DNA of 64,000 bases from Chitinophaga pinensis (GTDB lineage Bacteria > Bacteroidota > Bacteroidia > Palsa-965): the NCBI GenBank assembly GCA_943372645.1, contig CALRZN010000002.1, positions 77,192-141,191 on the forward strand. Direction: 5' to 3'. Of this stretch, positions 46,916 to 56,236 are shown piece after piece. The notes beneath the pieces are model-generated. The model ran no database searches, was not told the origin of the DNA, and worked only from the letters and a program-made list of their open reading frames with translations. How positions within the stretch are numbered: position 1 is the first letter of the stretch; each line of letters opens with the position of its first letter. The position numbers were made by a program, and so were the translations under genes.

Positions 46916-48970
46916 ATGAAAAAAAAGCTGATTACACTCTTCTCGCTGCTGGCCTTGGGCACAGGTCTTCTCCATGCACAAACCGGGGTCTGGTATTTCG
47001 GAAACGGTGGCGGATTACAGTTTACAAACACTGGCACTAATCCGATTGCAGGTTCGCCGATCAATACCAGTGAAGGTTGCGCAGGCGTTGTAGATGCGCT
47101 GAACAATGTAGAGTTTTATACAGACGGTGCGAATATCTGGAACGGAAACCATGTTAACCAGTCGGGAACGGCAGGCACACTTGCCGGTACGATATCTTCA
47201 TCGCAAACTGCGCTGATTATTCCTGTTCCGGATCAGACCTGTAACAACTTTTTCATTTTCACCACGCAATCGGTTGAGAATAACTATGGTGTTGCCGGTG
47301 TAAGTGACGGGCTGCGGGTTTCCCTGGCCACTGTTACCGGAACAGCACCAAGCACTACAGTTACAATTACTACTGCAAACCGGAACCAGCTGATCAATAC
47401 CGGGGGCGCCCTGATGTCGGAACGCCTTACCGCAGTGAGTGATGGTAACGGCGGTTATTGGGTACTTGCGCACGGGTGCGGAACCTATGGCGCGGCTTCA
47501 TTCGGTACACCATTGAATACACTTGGCGAAGGCAATTTTTACCGCGTACACGTAACAAACACTACAACAACAATTGGATCGCTCACGGCAACAGCCATCA
47601 ATTTCCCGGCCAGCACTCACCGATCCTGCATCCATCCGTATTTAACAACGAACGGATCAAGCAATATTTTTTATACACAGGGACAGATGAAGCTGAGTGC
47701 TGACGGTCGCCGTCTTGCAGTTGCAATGGGTATGCTGCGCGAGGTTCAGTTATATGACTTCAACCAGTCAACGGGTGCCATCACCAACCAGGTATTAATT
47801 ACCAATTTTGCCGGGACGGAAGCAACGGTTTACGGCGTGGAGTTTTCTCCAAATGGCGATATGCTTTATGTAGCAACAACATACGCCGGCTCTACGAAAA
47901 ACGTTTACCAGTTCGATCTTCTTACAAATGTTCGCACAACACTTGCCACATCTACTACGAACTATAATTTCGGTCACCTGCAGCTCGGCCCCGATCAGCG
48001 TATTTACGTTGCACGTCAGCCGAATAATACAACCACCGTTCTTGACGTTATCCAGAGTCCGAATACGTCTGGTACGGGCTGTACTTATGTTTCGGGAGGA
48101 GTAACCATTGCAGGTCAGTGCCGCCTTGGCCTTCCTACGGTGCTTGTAAACAACCCCTGCGAAGGAAACGGAGGCCCGACAGGGTGTGTGTGCAATTCAT
48201 CAGCAACCATTACCGGCTCAACTCTGCTTAAAGACGGAACAGGAACAGCAACCCTCGCGCTCAACAGCGGAACAATGCTCGTCCGCCGTTTAAAAATTAC
48301 GCTCGTAAACTTTACGCAGTCCGTAACTCCTGAATGCCTGAAATGTGAAATGAATGCCGCTTCGCAATTCGGTACAATCACTAACACCCCGGTTGTAAAC
48401 ACGGTTACCGGCGTGCTTGCTCCTGCCACCACCAATGGTGTTGCATCGTGGTCGAAACAGATTTCGTGGACACTCACAACGCCTGCTGTTGTAAACGGAA
48501 GCGTTACGCTCAACCTCCGTTTCCCGGGCGTGTTAAACCTGAGCTGTTGCGCAAACAAAGTAGATTACTGCTTCAACGTGGAATACATTGATGCCGACTG
48601 CAATATTTGTGAAAACACCACCTGCACCAGCACCGGATCGCCGCAGGCGCTTAAGCTGAACGACGAACAACCGGCAAACGAAATGGTAATTCCTTCGGCT
48701 CCTGCTGTTAAACCGGAAACCGGCAACAAAAACGACATCATGCAGCTGTTCCCGAATCCGACCGGCGGCAACGTAACCGTTGAACTGGCTGCTTCTGATC
48801 TCGGCGGAAAAATCCAGGTGTTCAACAGCAACGGAACCATGGTGCAGAGCCAGCGCTGCGAAGGACCGGTAACTGTTATCAGCACCGGCAACCTGCCGAA
48901 CGGCCTGTACATGATTACGTATGAAAGCAACGGCACGCGCGTAAGCCAGCAGTTGCTTGTGCAGCACTAA
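46916..48970 (+). CDS. Secreted T9SS cargo protein (paralog of 44128..45684) with extra Cys-rich module
   Basis: VWYFGNGGGLQFTN…TSEGCAGVVDALNN…IWNGNHV parallels the upstream paralog. C-terminal LFPNPTGGNVTVEL…GLYMITYESNG is a Por CTD. Confidence 0.68.
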   Translation: MKKKLITLFSLLALGTGLLHAQTGVWYFGNGGGLQFTNTGTNPIAGSPINTSEGCAGVVDALNNVEFYTDGANIWNGNHVNQSGTAGTLAGTISSSQTALIIPVPDQTCNNFFIFTTQSVENNYGVAGVSDGLRVSLATVTGTAPSTTVTITTANRNQLINTGGALMSERLTAVSDGNGGYWVLAHGCGTYGAASFGTPLNTLGEGNFYRVHVTNTTTTIGSLTATAINFPASTHRSCIHPYLTTNGSSNIFYTQGQMKLSADGRRLAVAMGMLREVQLYDFNQSTGAITNQVLITNFAGTEATVYGVEFSPNGDMLYVATTYAGSTKNVYQFDLLTNVRTTLATSTTNYNFGHLQLGPDQRIYVARQPNNTTTVLDVIQSPNTSGTGCTYVSGGVTIAGQCRLGLPTVLVNNPCEGNGGPTGCVCNSSATITGSTLLKDGTGTATLALNSGTMLVRRLKITLVNFTQSVTPECLKCEMNAASQFGTITNTPVVNTVTGVLAPATTNGVASWSKQISWTLTTPAVVNGSVTLNLRFPGVLNLSCCANKVDYCFNVEYIDADCNICENTTCTSTGSPQALKLNDEQPANEMVIPSAPAVKPETGNKNDIMQLFPNPTGGNVTVELAASDLGGKIQVFNSNGTMVQSQRCEGPVTVISTGNLPNGLYMITYESNGTRVSQQLLVQH

Positions 48971-48993
48971 TTGCACGTCTGAATTGCCTCATC

Positions 48994-49038
48994 AAAACAG
49001 CAGCGGCCTCTGTTAAACCGAGGCCGCTGCTGTTTTTA
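48994..49038. terminator. Bidirectional rho-independent terminator
   Basis: aacagcagcggcctc-tgttaaacc-gaggccgctgctgtt followed by tttaaa. Convergent genes on either side. Confidence 0.72.
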
Positions 49039-49051
49039 AACGGTGTTTGTG

Positions 49052-50635
49052 TTATTGTTTTTTTACTTCGAGTATTGCGGCAACATATCCTTTATCATTC
49101 AGCGGTTTTTCAATGCGCACGTTGCCGTTTGCATCCGTACTGAATTTTGCCTGCGCCGATAATTTCCCGGCAAGTGCCTTGTTTATTTTTTCGCCCAGCG
49201 AACTGCCCGTCGCCGAACTGATCTTTGCGTTCAGCGCGTTGTAATCAATCGGTTCATGCGTAATGATTACTGCCATCTGGTCGGTGGTGCCCGCATCGTC
49301 GGGATAAAGCGTGTGGTCTTTCGGAAACAGGCGTGTGCCGGTTACACCACAATACGGCGAGTGTTTTTTTGTGTACGGAAAAAGCACATACGTCGTGTTG
49401 TTGTTTTCAAGTCCAACGAGGTACGTGTAACATTCCGTGTTATTCGTAAACTCAATTTTAAACGGCGTTCCTGCTTTTCCTTTTTTTACCGCGTTGCGGT
49501 TTGTAAACACATTGCCGTTTTTCTGTCCGAAGGGAATGTTCGCTTTCGTGTTTTGGTTCTGTAAACCGAACGACGCGGTAAATGTTGTCGGAGCTGCTTT
49601 GCCCGCTTCGCCCATCGGGTGCAGGCCCATGGCCTCTACCACAAAAAAATCAAAGTCTTTGTAACGCACCCATGCCGTGCCGTTATCGCCCCACTCCGGC
49701 CCCCACGAATTCATCAGTTGAAATGCACCGCCTTCTAAATAGTCGTCGTATCCGATTACACACATCGCGTGTCCGCCGAAACCGCTCATGTCGTAATCAC
49801 GGCTTTCGGGTATCCACACTTTTTTGCCATCCATGCTGCGCATAAACGAGCCGCCCACCTGCATACCGATCACCACCGGCGCACCGGCCGCGAGGTTTTG
49901 TTTGATGGCAAGCATATTCACTTTGTAATCTTCGCCATCCAATGAAAGCCGCGTAAATCCTTTAATGCGGTAAGCGGATGCTTCACGGAGCAGGCTGCCG
50001 TCCGGATCTTTGCTGCACGAATTTTCGTTGTACGGAAACTTGTCAAAATCCACATCGCCTTTTTGTTCCAGCGATTCCATGGCGCGGATGAGGTACGAGC
50101 CCTGGCAATCTTCCAGCGCAATCTGGTTGTACAAAAACGACGGACTGAACGCAACCTCATCCGGATTTTTCCCGCTTTCGCGTGCGTACATAATGCTGCG
50201 CGCAGCATACGAGCTGGCCCACGCCACACACGAACCCTGCTGGCCCTGGTTGAGGCGTTTGGGTGCGTACTGCAAAAGCGATACACGTTCGGGCATCGGG
50301 TTTTTAATATTATCCGCAAGCGGTTCATACACCATCGCCTGGTCGTATAAATCCTGGTTCATAGAACAGCCGCGGCTGTAGGCAGATGATGCGGGCTGAT
50401 TGCCACCGAAGCCGATGCGGTCGCGGAAAAACCAGAGCCCGATGAGCACCAGCACAACCACCGCCCCCAGTTTGGGATTGCGGAACAAAAACCGGATGAT
50501 CTGCGGCAGAAACATCAACAGCATCATCAGCAGTCCGCCACCGCCTCCACCACCGCCGCCTGTAAATCGCGGGCGGTTGCCGTTGCTGTTGTCGGGAGAA
50601 TAATTTTCGTTATCGCGGTCAATTCGGATCGGCAT
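49052..50635 (-). CDS. Membrane-anchored papain-like (C1 family) cysteine peptidase with C-terminal extra domain
   Basis: QGQQGSCVAWASSYA (Gln oxyanion and Cys nucleophile), GGHAMCVIGYDD (His), NSWGPEWGDNG (Asn-Ser-Trp). N-terminal cytoplasmic tail with GGGGGGGGG followed by one TM helix. Confidence 0.78.
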   Translation of the reverse strand: MPIRIDRDNENYSPDNSNGNRPRFTGGGGGGGGGLLMMLLMFLPQIIRFLFRNPKLGAVVVLVLIGLWFFRDRIGFGGNQPASSAYSRGCSMNQDLYDQAMVYEPLADNIKNPMPERVSLLQYAPKRLNQGQQGSCVAWASSYAARSIMYARESGKNPDEVAFSPSFLYNQIALEDCQGSYLIRAMESLEQKGDVDFDKFPYNENSCSKDPDGSLLREASAYRIKGFTRLSLDGEDYKVNMLAIKQNLAAGAPVVIGMQVGGSFMRSMDGKKVWIPESRDYDMSGFGGHAMCVIGYDDYLEGGAFQLMNSWGPEWGDNGTAWVRYKDFDFFVVEAMGLHPMGEAGKAAPTTFTASFGLQNQNTKANIPFGQKNGNVFTNRNAVKKGKAGTPFKIEFTNNTECYTYLVGLENNNTTYVLFPYTKKHSPYCGVTGTRLFPKDHTLYPDDAGTTDQMAVIITHEPIDYNALNAKISSATGSSLGEKINKALAGKLSAQAKFSTDANGNVRIEKPLNDKGYVAAILEVKKQ

Positions 50636-50795
50636 AGTGTGTTTTTATTATTTGCCGAAAGATAATTTATTCGGGGCGAAAAAGGGTGCGCAGGATGAGA
50701 AATGTCATCCTGACAATGGTTTTATTGCCATACGTAACTGACAATAATTTCATTGTCAACGCATGTAAAAAACTCCCCGTATCTTGTAACCACCA

Positions 50796-51806
50796 ATGCA
50801 AACCACGCCACTCCCGAAAACAGTCCTCGTAACAGGCGCCACCGGCTTCCTCGGCTTCCGCCTGGCCGAATTGCTGCTGGAAAAAGGTGTGCGTGTAATT
50901 GCAACCGGCCGCACATTAAAACCGGAGCTGACATTAACCCATTCAGACATCGCGTACAAACTCGGTTCACTCGAAAACGAAATTTTTGTGCAGTCGCTTT
51001 TCGCAGATGAAAAACCGGATGCCATTGTGCATTGCGCTTCGCTGTCGTCGCCCTGGGGCAAAAAAGAATGGTTTCACGCATCCAATGTGCTTTCGCAGCA
51101 GTACCTCATTCGTGCAGCGCAGCAGCACGGCATAAAGCGGTACGTTTATATTTCCTCGCCAAGTATTTATTTTGATTTCAGCGACCGGTTTGATGTAAAC
51201 GAAGAAACGCCGCTGCCCGCAAAATTTGTAAACGACTATGCGCGCACCAAGTTTGAGGCGGAACAATTGCTGCACAAAACCGATCTCGATTATGTCATCC
51301 TGCGTCCGCGTGCCATGATCGGGCGCGGCGACATTGTGATTATGCCGCGCCTCATCCGCGCTTACGAAGAAGGCCGTCTGCGCATCATCGGCAGCGGAAC
51401 CAATGTGGCCGACCTTACGCCGGTGGCCAATGTTGCTGATGCCATAACCTGCGCGCTGGTGGCAGAAAACAATGCATTAAAACAGGCGTACAACATCACC
51501 AACGGAACCCCGGTGAAACTGTGGGATTCCATTTCCGATATGCTCACCACGCTCGGCCTTGAACCGCCGGCAAAAAAAATAAGCGCAGGAACGGCGTATA
51601 AAATTGCCGGTACGATGGAATGGTTCTATCGTAATTTTATGCCGGGAAAAGAACCTGCGCTTACCCGTTACAGTGTGGGCACGCTGGCCGCTTCATTTAC
51701 GATGGATATCCGCAAGGCAAAAGAAAAACTGCGTTACGGCCCGCGCATGAGCGTAGCAGAAGGCATGCAGGAGTTTGCCGACTGGTATAAAAACAAAAAC
51801 GCATGA
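50796..51806 (+). CDS. NAD-dependent epimerase/dehydratase (extended SDR, 3beta-HSD-like)
   Basis: VLVTGATGFLGFRLAELL (Rossmann GxxGxxG) and YARTK (YxxxK). First gene of a translationally coupled operon (overlaps the next gene by 4 nt). Confidence 0.85.
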   Translation: MQTTPLPKTVLVTGATGFLGFRLAELLLEKGVRVIATGRTLKPELTLTHSDIAYKLGSLENEIFVQSLFADEKPDAIVHCASLSSPWGKKEWFHASNVLSQQYLIRAAQQHGIKRYVYISSPSIYFDFSDRFDVNEETPLPAKFVNDYARTKFEAEQLLHKTDLDYVILRPRAMIGRGDIVIMPRLIRAYEEGRLRIIGSGTNVADLTPVANVADAITCALVAENNALKQAYNITNGTPVKLWDSISDMLTTLGLEPPAKKISAGTAYKIAGTMEWFYRNFMPGKEPALTRYSVGTLAASFTMDIRKAKEKLRYGPRMSVAEGMQEFADWYKNKNA

Positions 51807-52651
51807 GTACCGTAAAGTTCCGTTACTGCAGTGCCGGGTACTGCAACGCGCCCGAGTTCCTTGCCATTAAAGGCGGGCGTTTTAAAGAAATCCGTTTTTA
51901 CGCCACCTTCGGCATCATCAAACACCCGACTGAGGGCGTTATTCTTTTTGATACCGGGTACTCGCATCGTTTTTTTGATGCCACGAAAAAATACCCGGAA
52001 CGCCTGTATGCAAAAATTACAAAGGTGTTTCTTGAAAAACAGGAAGAAGCCGTGGAGCAGCTGAAAGCACTCGGCATTGCAGCAGGTGATGTGAAAAAAA
52101 TTATCCTCTCGCATTTTCATGCCGATCACACGGCCGGCCTGCGCGATTTTCCGGAAGCCGTAATTTATTGCTCCGAAGTGGCTGCCGCAAAAGCCTTGCC
52201 GCTGCGCGGATTCGGTGCGGTAAGCAAAGGCGTACTGCCGCAGCTGCACCCCGATGATATCCAAACGCGTTTACGCATCATTGGCAAAGATGCCGGCGTG
52301 GTGCATATTGATTCCCTTTGGGGCGAGGTTGTTGATCTTTTCGGAGATGGTTCCATTAAACTCGTACACGTTCCCGGCCATGCCGCGGGCATGATCGGAG
52401 CGCTGCTGCGTACACACAAAGGAACCGTTTTCCTGATCGCGGATGCCGCCTGGGTGCGCAAATCGTGGCAGGAGTTTGTAATGCCCAACCGCCTGGCCGG
52501 ACTCATTTTCGATTCGTGGCGCGATTTTAAAACATCGCTGCGCAAAGTGCATGAATATGCCATGGCCAATCCCGAAACGGTAATCATTGCTACCCACTGC
52601 CGCGAAACGATGGACGCTGTTTTTAAATCACAGGAAGAAGATGCGTTTTAA
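51803..52651 (+). CDS. MBL-fold metallo-hydrolase (lactonase-like)
   Basis: SHFHADHTAG (HxHxDH zinc motif) and downstream His/Asp ligands (VHVPGHAAGM). 282 aa. Confidence 0.8.
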   Translation: MSTVKFRYCSAGYCNAPEFLAIKGGRFKEIRFYATFGIIKHPTEGVILFDTGYSHRFFDATKKYPERLYAKITKVFLEKQEEAVEQLKALGIAAGDVKKIILSHFHADHTAGLRDFPEAVIYCSEVAAAKALPLRGFGAVSKGVLPQLHPDDIQTRLRIIGKDAGVVHIDSLWGEVVDLFGDGSIKLVHVPGHAAGMIGALLRTHKGTVFLIADAAWVRKSWQEFVMPNRLAGLIFDSWRDFKTSLRKVHEYAMANPETVIIATHCRETMDAVFKSQEEDAF

Positions 52652-53945
52652 ACTGCGGATACTCGTTTATTTTTTACGGTTCCGTTTGTTCACCCCGCGC
52701 ACGCGCGAAGCCGTTATGCACGTGCAGCAGCGGCGGCTGAAAAAACTGACGCGCGTTTTAATCCGCTCCCCGTTTTACCGGGAACTTGCAGCAACCGGTG
52801 CGCCGCTTACGACTTACCCGCTGATGAACAAGGCCGCGATGATGGAATCCTTCAGCCGCATCAATACCGTGGGCATCACCACTGAAGACGCGTTTGCCAT
52901 TGCCATACGCGCAGAAACTTCGCGCGATTTTGCACCCGACTGGCACGGCATTTCCATCGGGCTTTCGTCAGGCACTTCGGGCAACCGCGGTATTTTTCTT
53001 GCTTCGGAAAAAGAACGGGCGTTGTGGGTGGCGGCTGTGCTGCACCGCGTAATCGGTTTTTCGCTGCGCAAACGGCGCGTTGCATTTTTTCTGCGTGCAA
53101 ATAACAACCTGTACGAATCGGTAAATTCATCGCTGCTGCAGTTCCGGTTTTATGATATTCTTTTCCCGGTTAATGATCACCTAGTAAAGCTGCAGGAACA
53201 ACAGCCGCACATTCTTGTGGCGCAGCCGTCGGTGCTGCTGCTGCTGGCGAAAGCAGTGGAGGAAAAACAATTGCACATCGCGCCTGCAAAAATTATTTCC
53301 GTGGCCGAAGTGCTTGAACCGGTTGACCGCCGTTACCTCGAACGGGTGTTCAAACAAACCATTCACCAGGTGTACCAGGCCACGGAAGGTTTTCTTGCAA
53401 CGACCTGTAAAAACGGAACGCTGCATTTTAACGAAGACACTTTGCTGATTGAGAAAAAATATGTGGACGATGCGCAGACGCGTTTTTACCCGGTAATTAC
53501 CGATCTGTTCCGCGAAAGCCAGCCCGTGGTGCGTTATGAACTGAACGACCTTATTATTGAAAAACAAAACTGTTCCTGCGGGTCGCCGTTCCTGGCTATT
53601 GAAGCCATCGAAGGCCGTTCGGATGATGTATTCCGGTTTACCGACCGCAACGGAAAAGAAGCAATCATATTCCCTGACTTCATCCGCCGCGCGGTAATGC
53701 TGGCATCTGAACACATCAGCGCGTATGAAGTGGTGCAGAGCGGGTTAACAGAAATTTCCATTTTTCTGAAAATCAGCGATGGGGAGTTATCCACCGTTTC
53801 CGGGCAAACCATAAACAACATTGTATCTTTATTGCAGCATTACCAGGTAGAAAACGTACGTGTAATTTTCAGGGATGTTTTCCCGGAAGAAGAGCACGGA
53901 AAAAAAAGGAGGCGTGTACGCAATGCAAGTCAGAAACCCGTTTAA
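52641..53945 (+). CDS. F390-synthetase-related / PaaK-like adenylate-forming enzyme
   Basis: LSSGTSGNRGIF (AMP-binding P-loop S-S-G-T-T/S-G-x-x-G) and YQATEG…. About 435 aa, the small stand-alone adenylating-enzyme size. Start at the internal Met overlapping the MBL stop by 11 nt. Confidence 0.68.
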   Translation: MRFKLRILVYFLRFRLFTPRTREAVMHVQQRRLKKLTRVLIRSPFYRELAATGAPLTTYPLMNKAAMMESFSRINTVGITTEDAFAIAIRAETSRDFAPDWHGISIGLSSGTSGNRGIFLASEKERALWVAAVLHRVIGFSLRKRRVAFFLRANNNLYESVNSSLLQFRFYDILFPVNDHLVKLQEQQPHILVAQPSVLLLLAKAVEEKQLHIAPAKIISVAEVLEPVDRRYLERVFKQTIHQVYQATEGFLATTCKNGTLHFNEDTLLIEKKYVDDAQTRFYPVITDLFRESQPVVRYELNDLIIEKQNCSCGSPFLAIEAIEGRSDDVFRFTDRNGKEAIIFPDFIRRAVMLASEHISAYEVVQSGLTEISIFLKISDGELSTVSGQTINNIVSLLQHYQVENVRVIFRDVFPEEEHGKKRRRVRNASQKPV

Positions 53946-54921
53946 GTTCACCGGTGCCGGCAAAGCACTGCCCGCGAACTGTGTTACATCCGATGTACTC
54001 GAAAAACAACTTGGTATACCGCCCGGCTGGTCGCAACGCTACTCCGGCGTAAAATCGCGCTACCACGTAACCACCGAAACCGGCGCAGGCATGGGCGCGG
54101 CTGCCGTGCGCGAAGCGCTTGAGATGGCGGGTATAACACTCGCCGATATTGACCTGTTACTTTGCGGGGCAGCTTCATTTGATTATCCGCTACCCAACCA
54201 GGCTTCAGCAATAAAAAAAGAACTCGATCCGGATTTTAAGTTTACGTTTCCTGCTGTTGATATTGACAGCACCTGCCTGAGTTTTGTAACAGCTGTTGAT
54301 TTTGCGTCTTCCCTGCTCGACGGGAAACGGTTCCGCCGCATCGTGGTGGTCAGCACCGAAATTGCATCCAAAGGATTAAATCCCGATCAATGGGAAACGG
54401 CCACGCTGTTCGGCGACGGCGCTGCGGCAGTGGTGATGGAATATGATCCGGAAAAAAAAGCGGGACTTATTCACGCACACATGAAAACGTGGTCCGATGG
54501 TTTTGATCACACCATGATACGCGGCGGCGGCAATTCGTTTTATTTTAAAGAACATCCGTACAACCGCGAACTGCATTCGTTTTACATGAACGGCAAAATG
54601 CTGTTGCGCCTTGCCAAAGAACGGATCCCGGATTTTATGAATGATTTTTTCCGCGAACTGCCGGTTGATGTAACCGGGGTTGATTACATCATTCCGCACC
54701 AGGCCAGCCGCACCGGTGTTGAAATATTCCGCAAGATGTACAACTTCCGCGACGACCAGATTCTCGGCAACCTGGAAACACACGGCAACTGCATTTCGGC
54801 CTCCATCCCGATGACGTTTTATGATTTTGTAAAAAACGGAACACTGCGTCCGGGTATGACCTGCCTGCTTTCCGGCACATCGGCGGGATTTGCTATTGGA
54901 GGAGTTTTAGTGCGGCTTTAA
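53923..54921 (+). CDS. Beta-ketoacyl-ACP synthase III-like (FabH/KAS III family) condensing enzyme
   Basis: DIDSTCLSF (active-site Cys), IPHQASR (His) and HGNCISASIP (Asn/His region). About 333 aa. Overlaps the upstream gene by 23 nt. Confidence 0.82.
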   Translation: MQVRNPFKFTGAGKALPANCVTSDVLEKQLGIPPGWSQRYSGVKSRYHVTTETGAGMGAAAVREALEMAGITLADIDLLLCGAASFDYPLPNQASAIKKELDPDFKFTFPAVDIDSTCLSFVTAVDFASSLLDGKRFRRIVVVSTEIASKGLNPDQWETATLFGDGAAAVVMEYDPEKKAGLIHAHMKTWSDGFDHTMIRGGGNSFYFKEHPYNRELHSFYMNGKMLLRLAKERIPDFMNDFFRELPVDVTGVDYIIPHQASRTGVEIFRKMYNFRDDQILGNLETHGNCISASIPMTFYDFVKNGTLRPGMTCLLSGTSAGFAIGGVLVRL

Positions 54922-54960
54922 AAAAGAATTTCTTTTGCAGCAGTCGGTAACATTGCGTTC

Positions 54961-55081
54961 GTTTTTTGTTTTTGAATAATGAATGTATAAAACCTGTTCT
55001 CGACTGCCGCTCGAACTGACGGTAATATTAATTTCCCGAGTACCGCTCGAACTGACGGTTGTTTTTTGTTCCTGAATTATG
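54961..55081 (+). promoter_or_regulatory. Direct-repeat-containing leader upstream of the sulfotransferase gene
   Basis: 17-mer ccgctcgaactgacggt at 55007-55023 and 55043-55059 (36-bp spacing). ttttttgtt…tgaat(a/t)atg occurs twice (54962-54985 and 55061-55081), the second including the real ATG. Confidence 0.45.
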
Positions 55082-56236
55082 TACTTCAACATCACACTGC
55101 TGTTCCGCCTGCTTCCGAAAACATTTTCGGCAAGCCGTAAAAGTTTGCGTTATCCTTCGGGCAAACGCATCGGCCGGCTGCTGCTTTTGTTTCCGCTGTT
55201 TACCGTGTTGTTTATGGTGAACAGTGTTTTTCTTTTACTCGATTATGTTTTTTTTCCGCACTTCCTGTGGGTGAAAATTCCGAAAAGCGTTTTCATTGTT
55301 GGTGTACCGCGCACCGCCACCACGTTTCTGCTCGAAAGCCTTTCTTCCGACCGGGAACAGTTTACCTGCTTCCGCCTGTGGGAGCTCGTGTTTGCGCCGT
55401 CGGTTATCCAGAAATATTTTTTCCGCGGGCTGCTGTTTGTTGATCGTTATACTGGCAAACCGTTCCGCCGCCTGGCCGGTTTATTTGACAAATGGATTTT
55501 CGGAAACTTCCGCGCCATACATAATATGGGCCTGGGCAAGCCGGAAGAAGACGAAGCGCTGCTGCTCTGGTGTTTTTCATCGGCCTACCTCGCGTATTTT
55601 TTCCCGGAAACAGTTGCGGCGGACGAATTGCTTTTTTTTGATGCCTCGCTTCCGCTGAACAAACGGAAACGCATCATGCGTTTTTATTACCGTTGTGTGC
55701 AGCGCCACCATCTGGTATTTAACCGGCGCAATGAAAAATATTTTCTGTCGAAAAACCCGGCTTTTGTATGCAAGATGGAAACCGTTCCGTTTTTTTTCCC
55801 GGAAGCAAAAATACTGTACACGCTGCGCACGCCGTTCCGCACCATTCCCGCAACCATCAGCCTGAATGCAAACATTTACAGCGCATTTTCACATCTGCCG
55901 GAAAAATACCCGCTGCAGCACGAAACAAAAAACGCGGTGATCCGCTGGTACAAAATGGCCGATGCCGCACTGCGTAAAATGCCGGAAAACAACTACCGCA
56001 TTGTTCCGTTCGGGCGCATTTCAAAACAGCCGGAAAACGAACTGGAGACGATTTATCAGTTTCTGCATGTGCCGGTGAATGCCTTGCGCAAAGCGGCTTT
56101 CCAAAGCATCCAGCAAAAAGCAGATTCTTATAAAAGCGGGCACTCGTACGATACCGCCTCCGGAATTGATGAACACGAGATACGAACCGAACTTGATTTT
56201 GTAATCAATGGTCCGTATAAAAACGAAATCGGCTGA
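55079..56236 (+). CDS. Membrane-anchored sulfotransferase family protein
   Basis: N-terminal TM segment LLLLFPLFTVLFMVNSVFLLL. VGVPRTATTFL (5'-PSB-like PAPS-binding P-loop) and YTLRTPFRTI (3'-PB-like R-x-P). Stop and next start share TGATG. Confidence 0.6.
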   Translation: MYFNITLLFRLLPKTFSASRKSLRYPSGKRIGRLLLLFPLFTVLFMVNSVFLLLDYVFFPHFLWVKIPKSVFIVGVPRTATTFLLESLSSDREQFTCFRLWELVFAPSVIQKYFFRGLLFVDRYTGKPFRRLAGLFDKWIFGNFRAIHNMGLGKPEEDEALLLWCFSSAYLAYFFPETVAADELLFFDASLPLNKRKRIMRFYYRCVQRHHLVFNRRNEKYFLSKNPAFVCKMETVPFFFPEAKILYTLRTPFRTIPATISLNANIYSAFSHLPEKYPLQHETKNAVIRWYKMADAALRKMPENNYRIVPFGRISKQPENELETIYQFLHVPVNALRKAAFQSIQQKADSYKSGHSYDTASGIDEHEIRTELDFVINGPYKNEIG

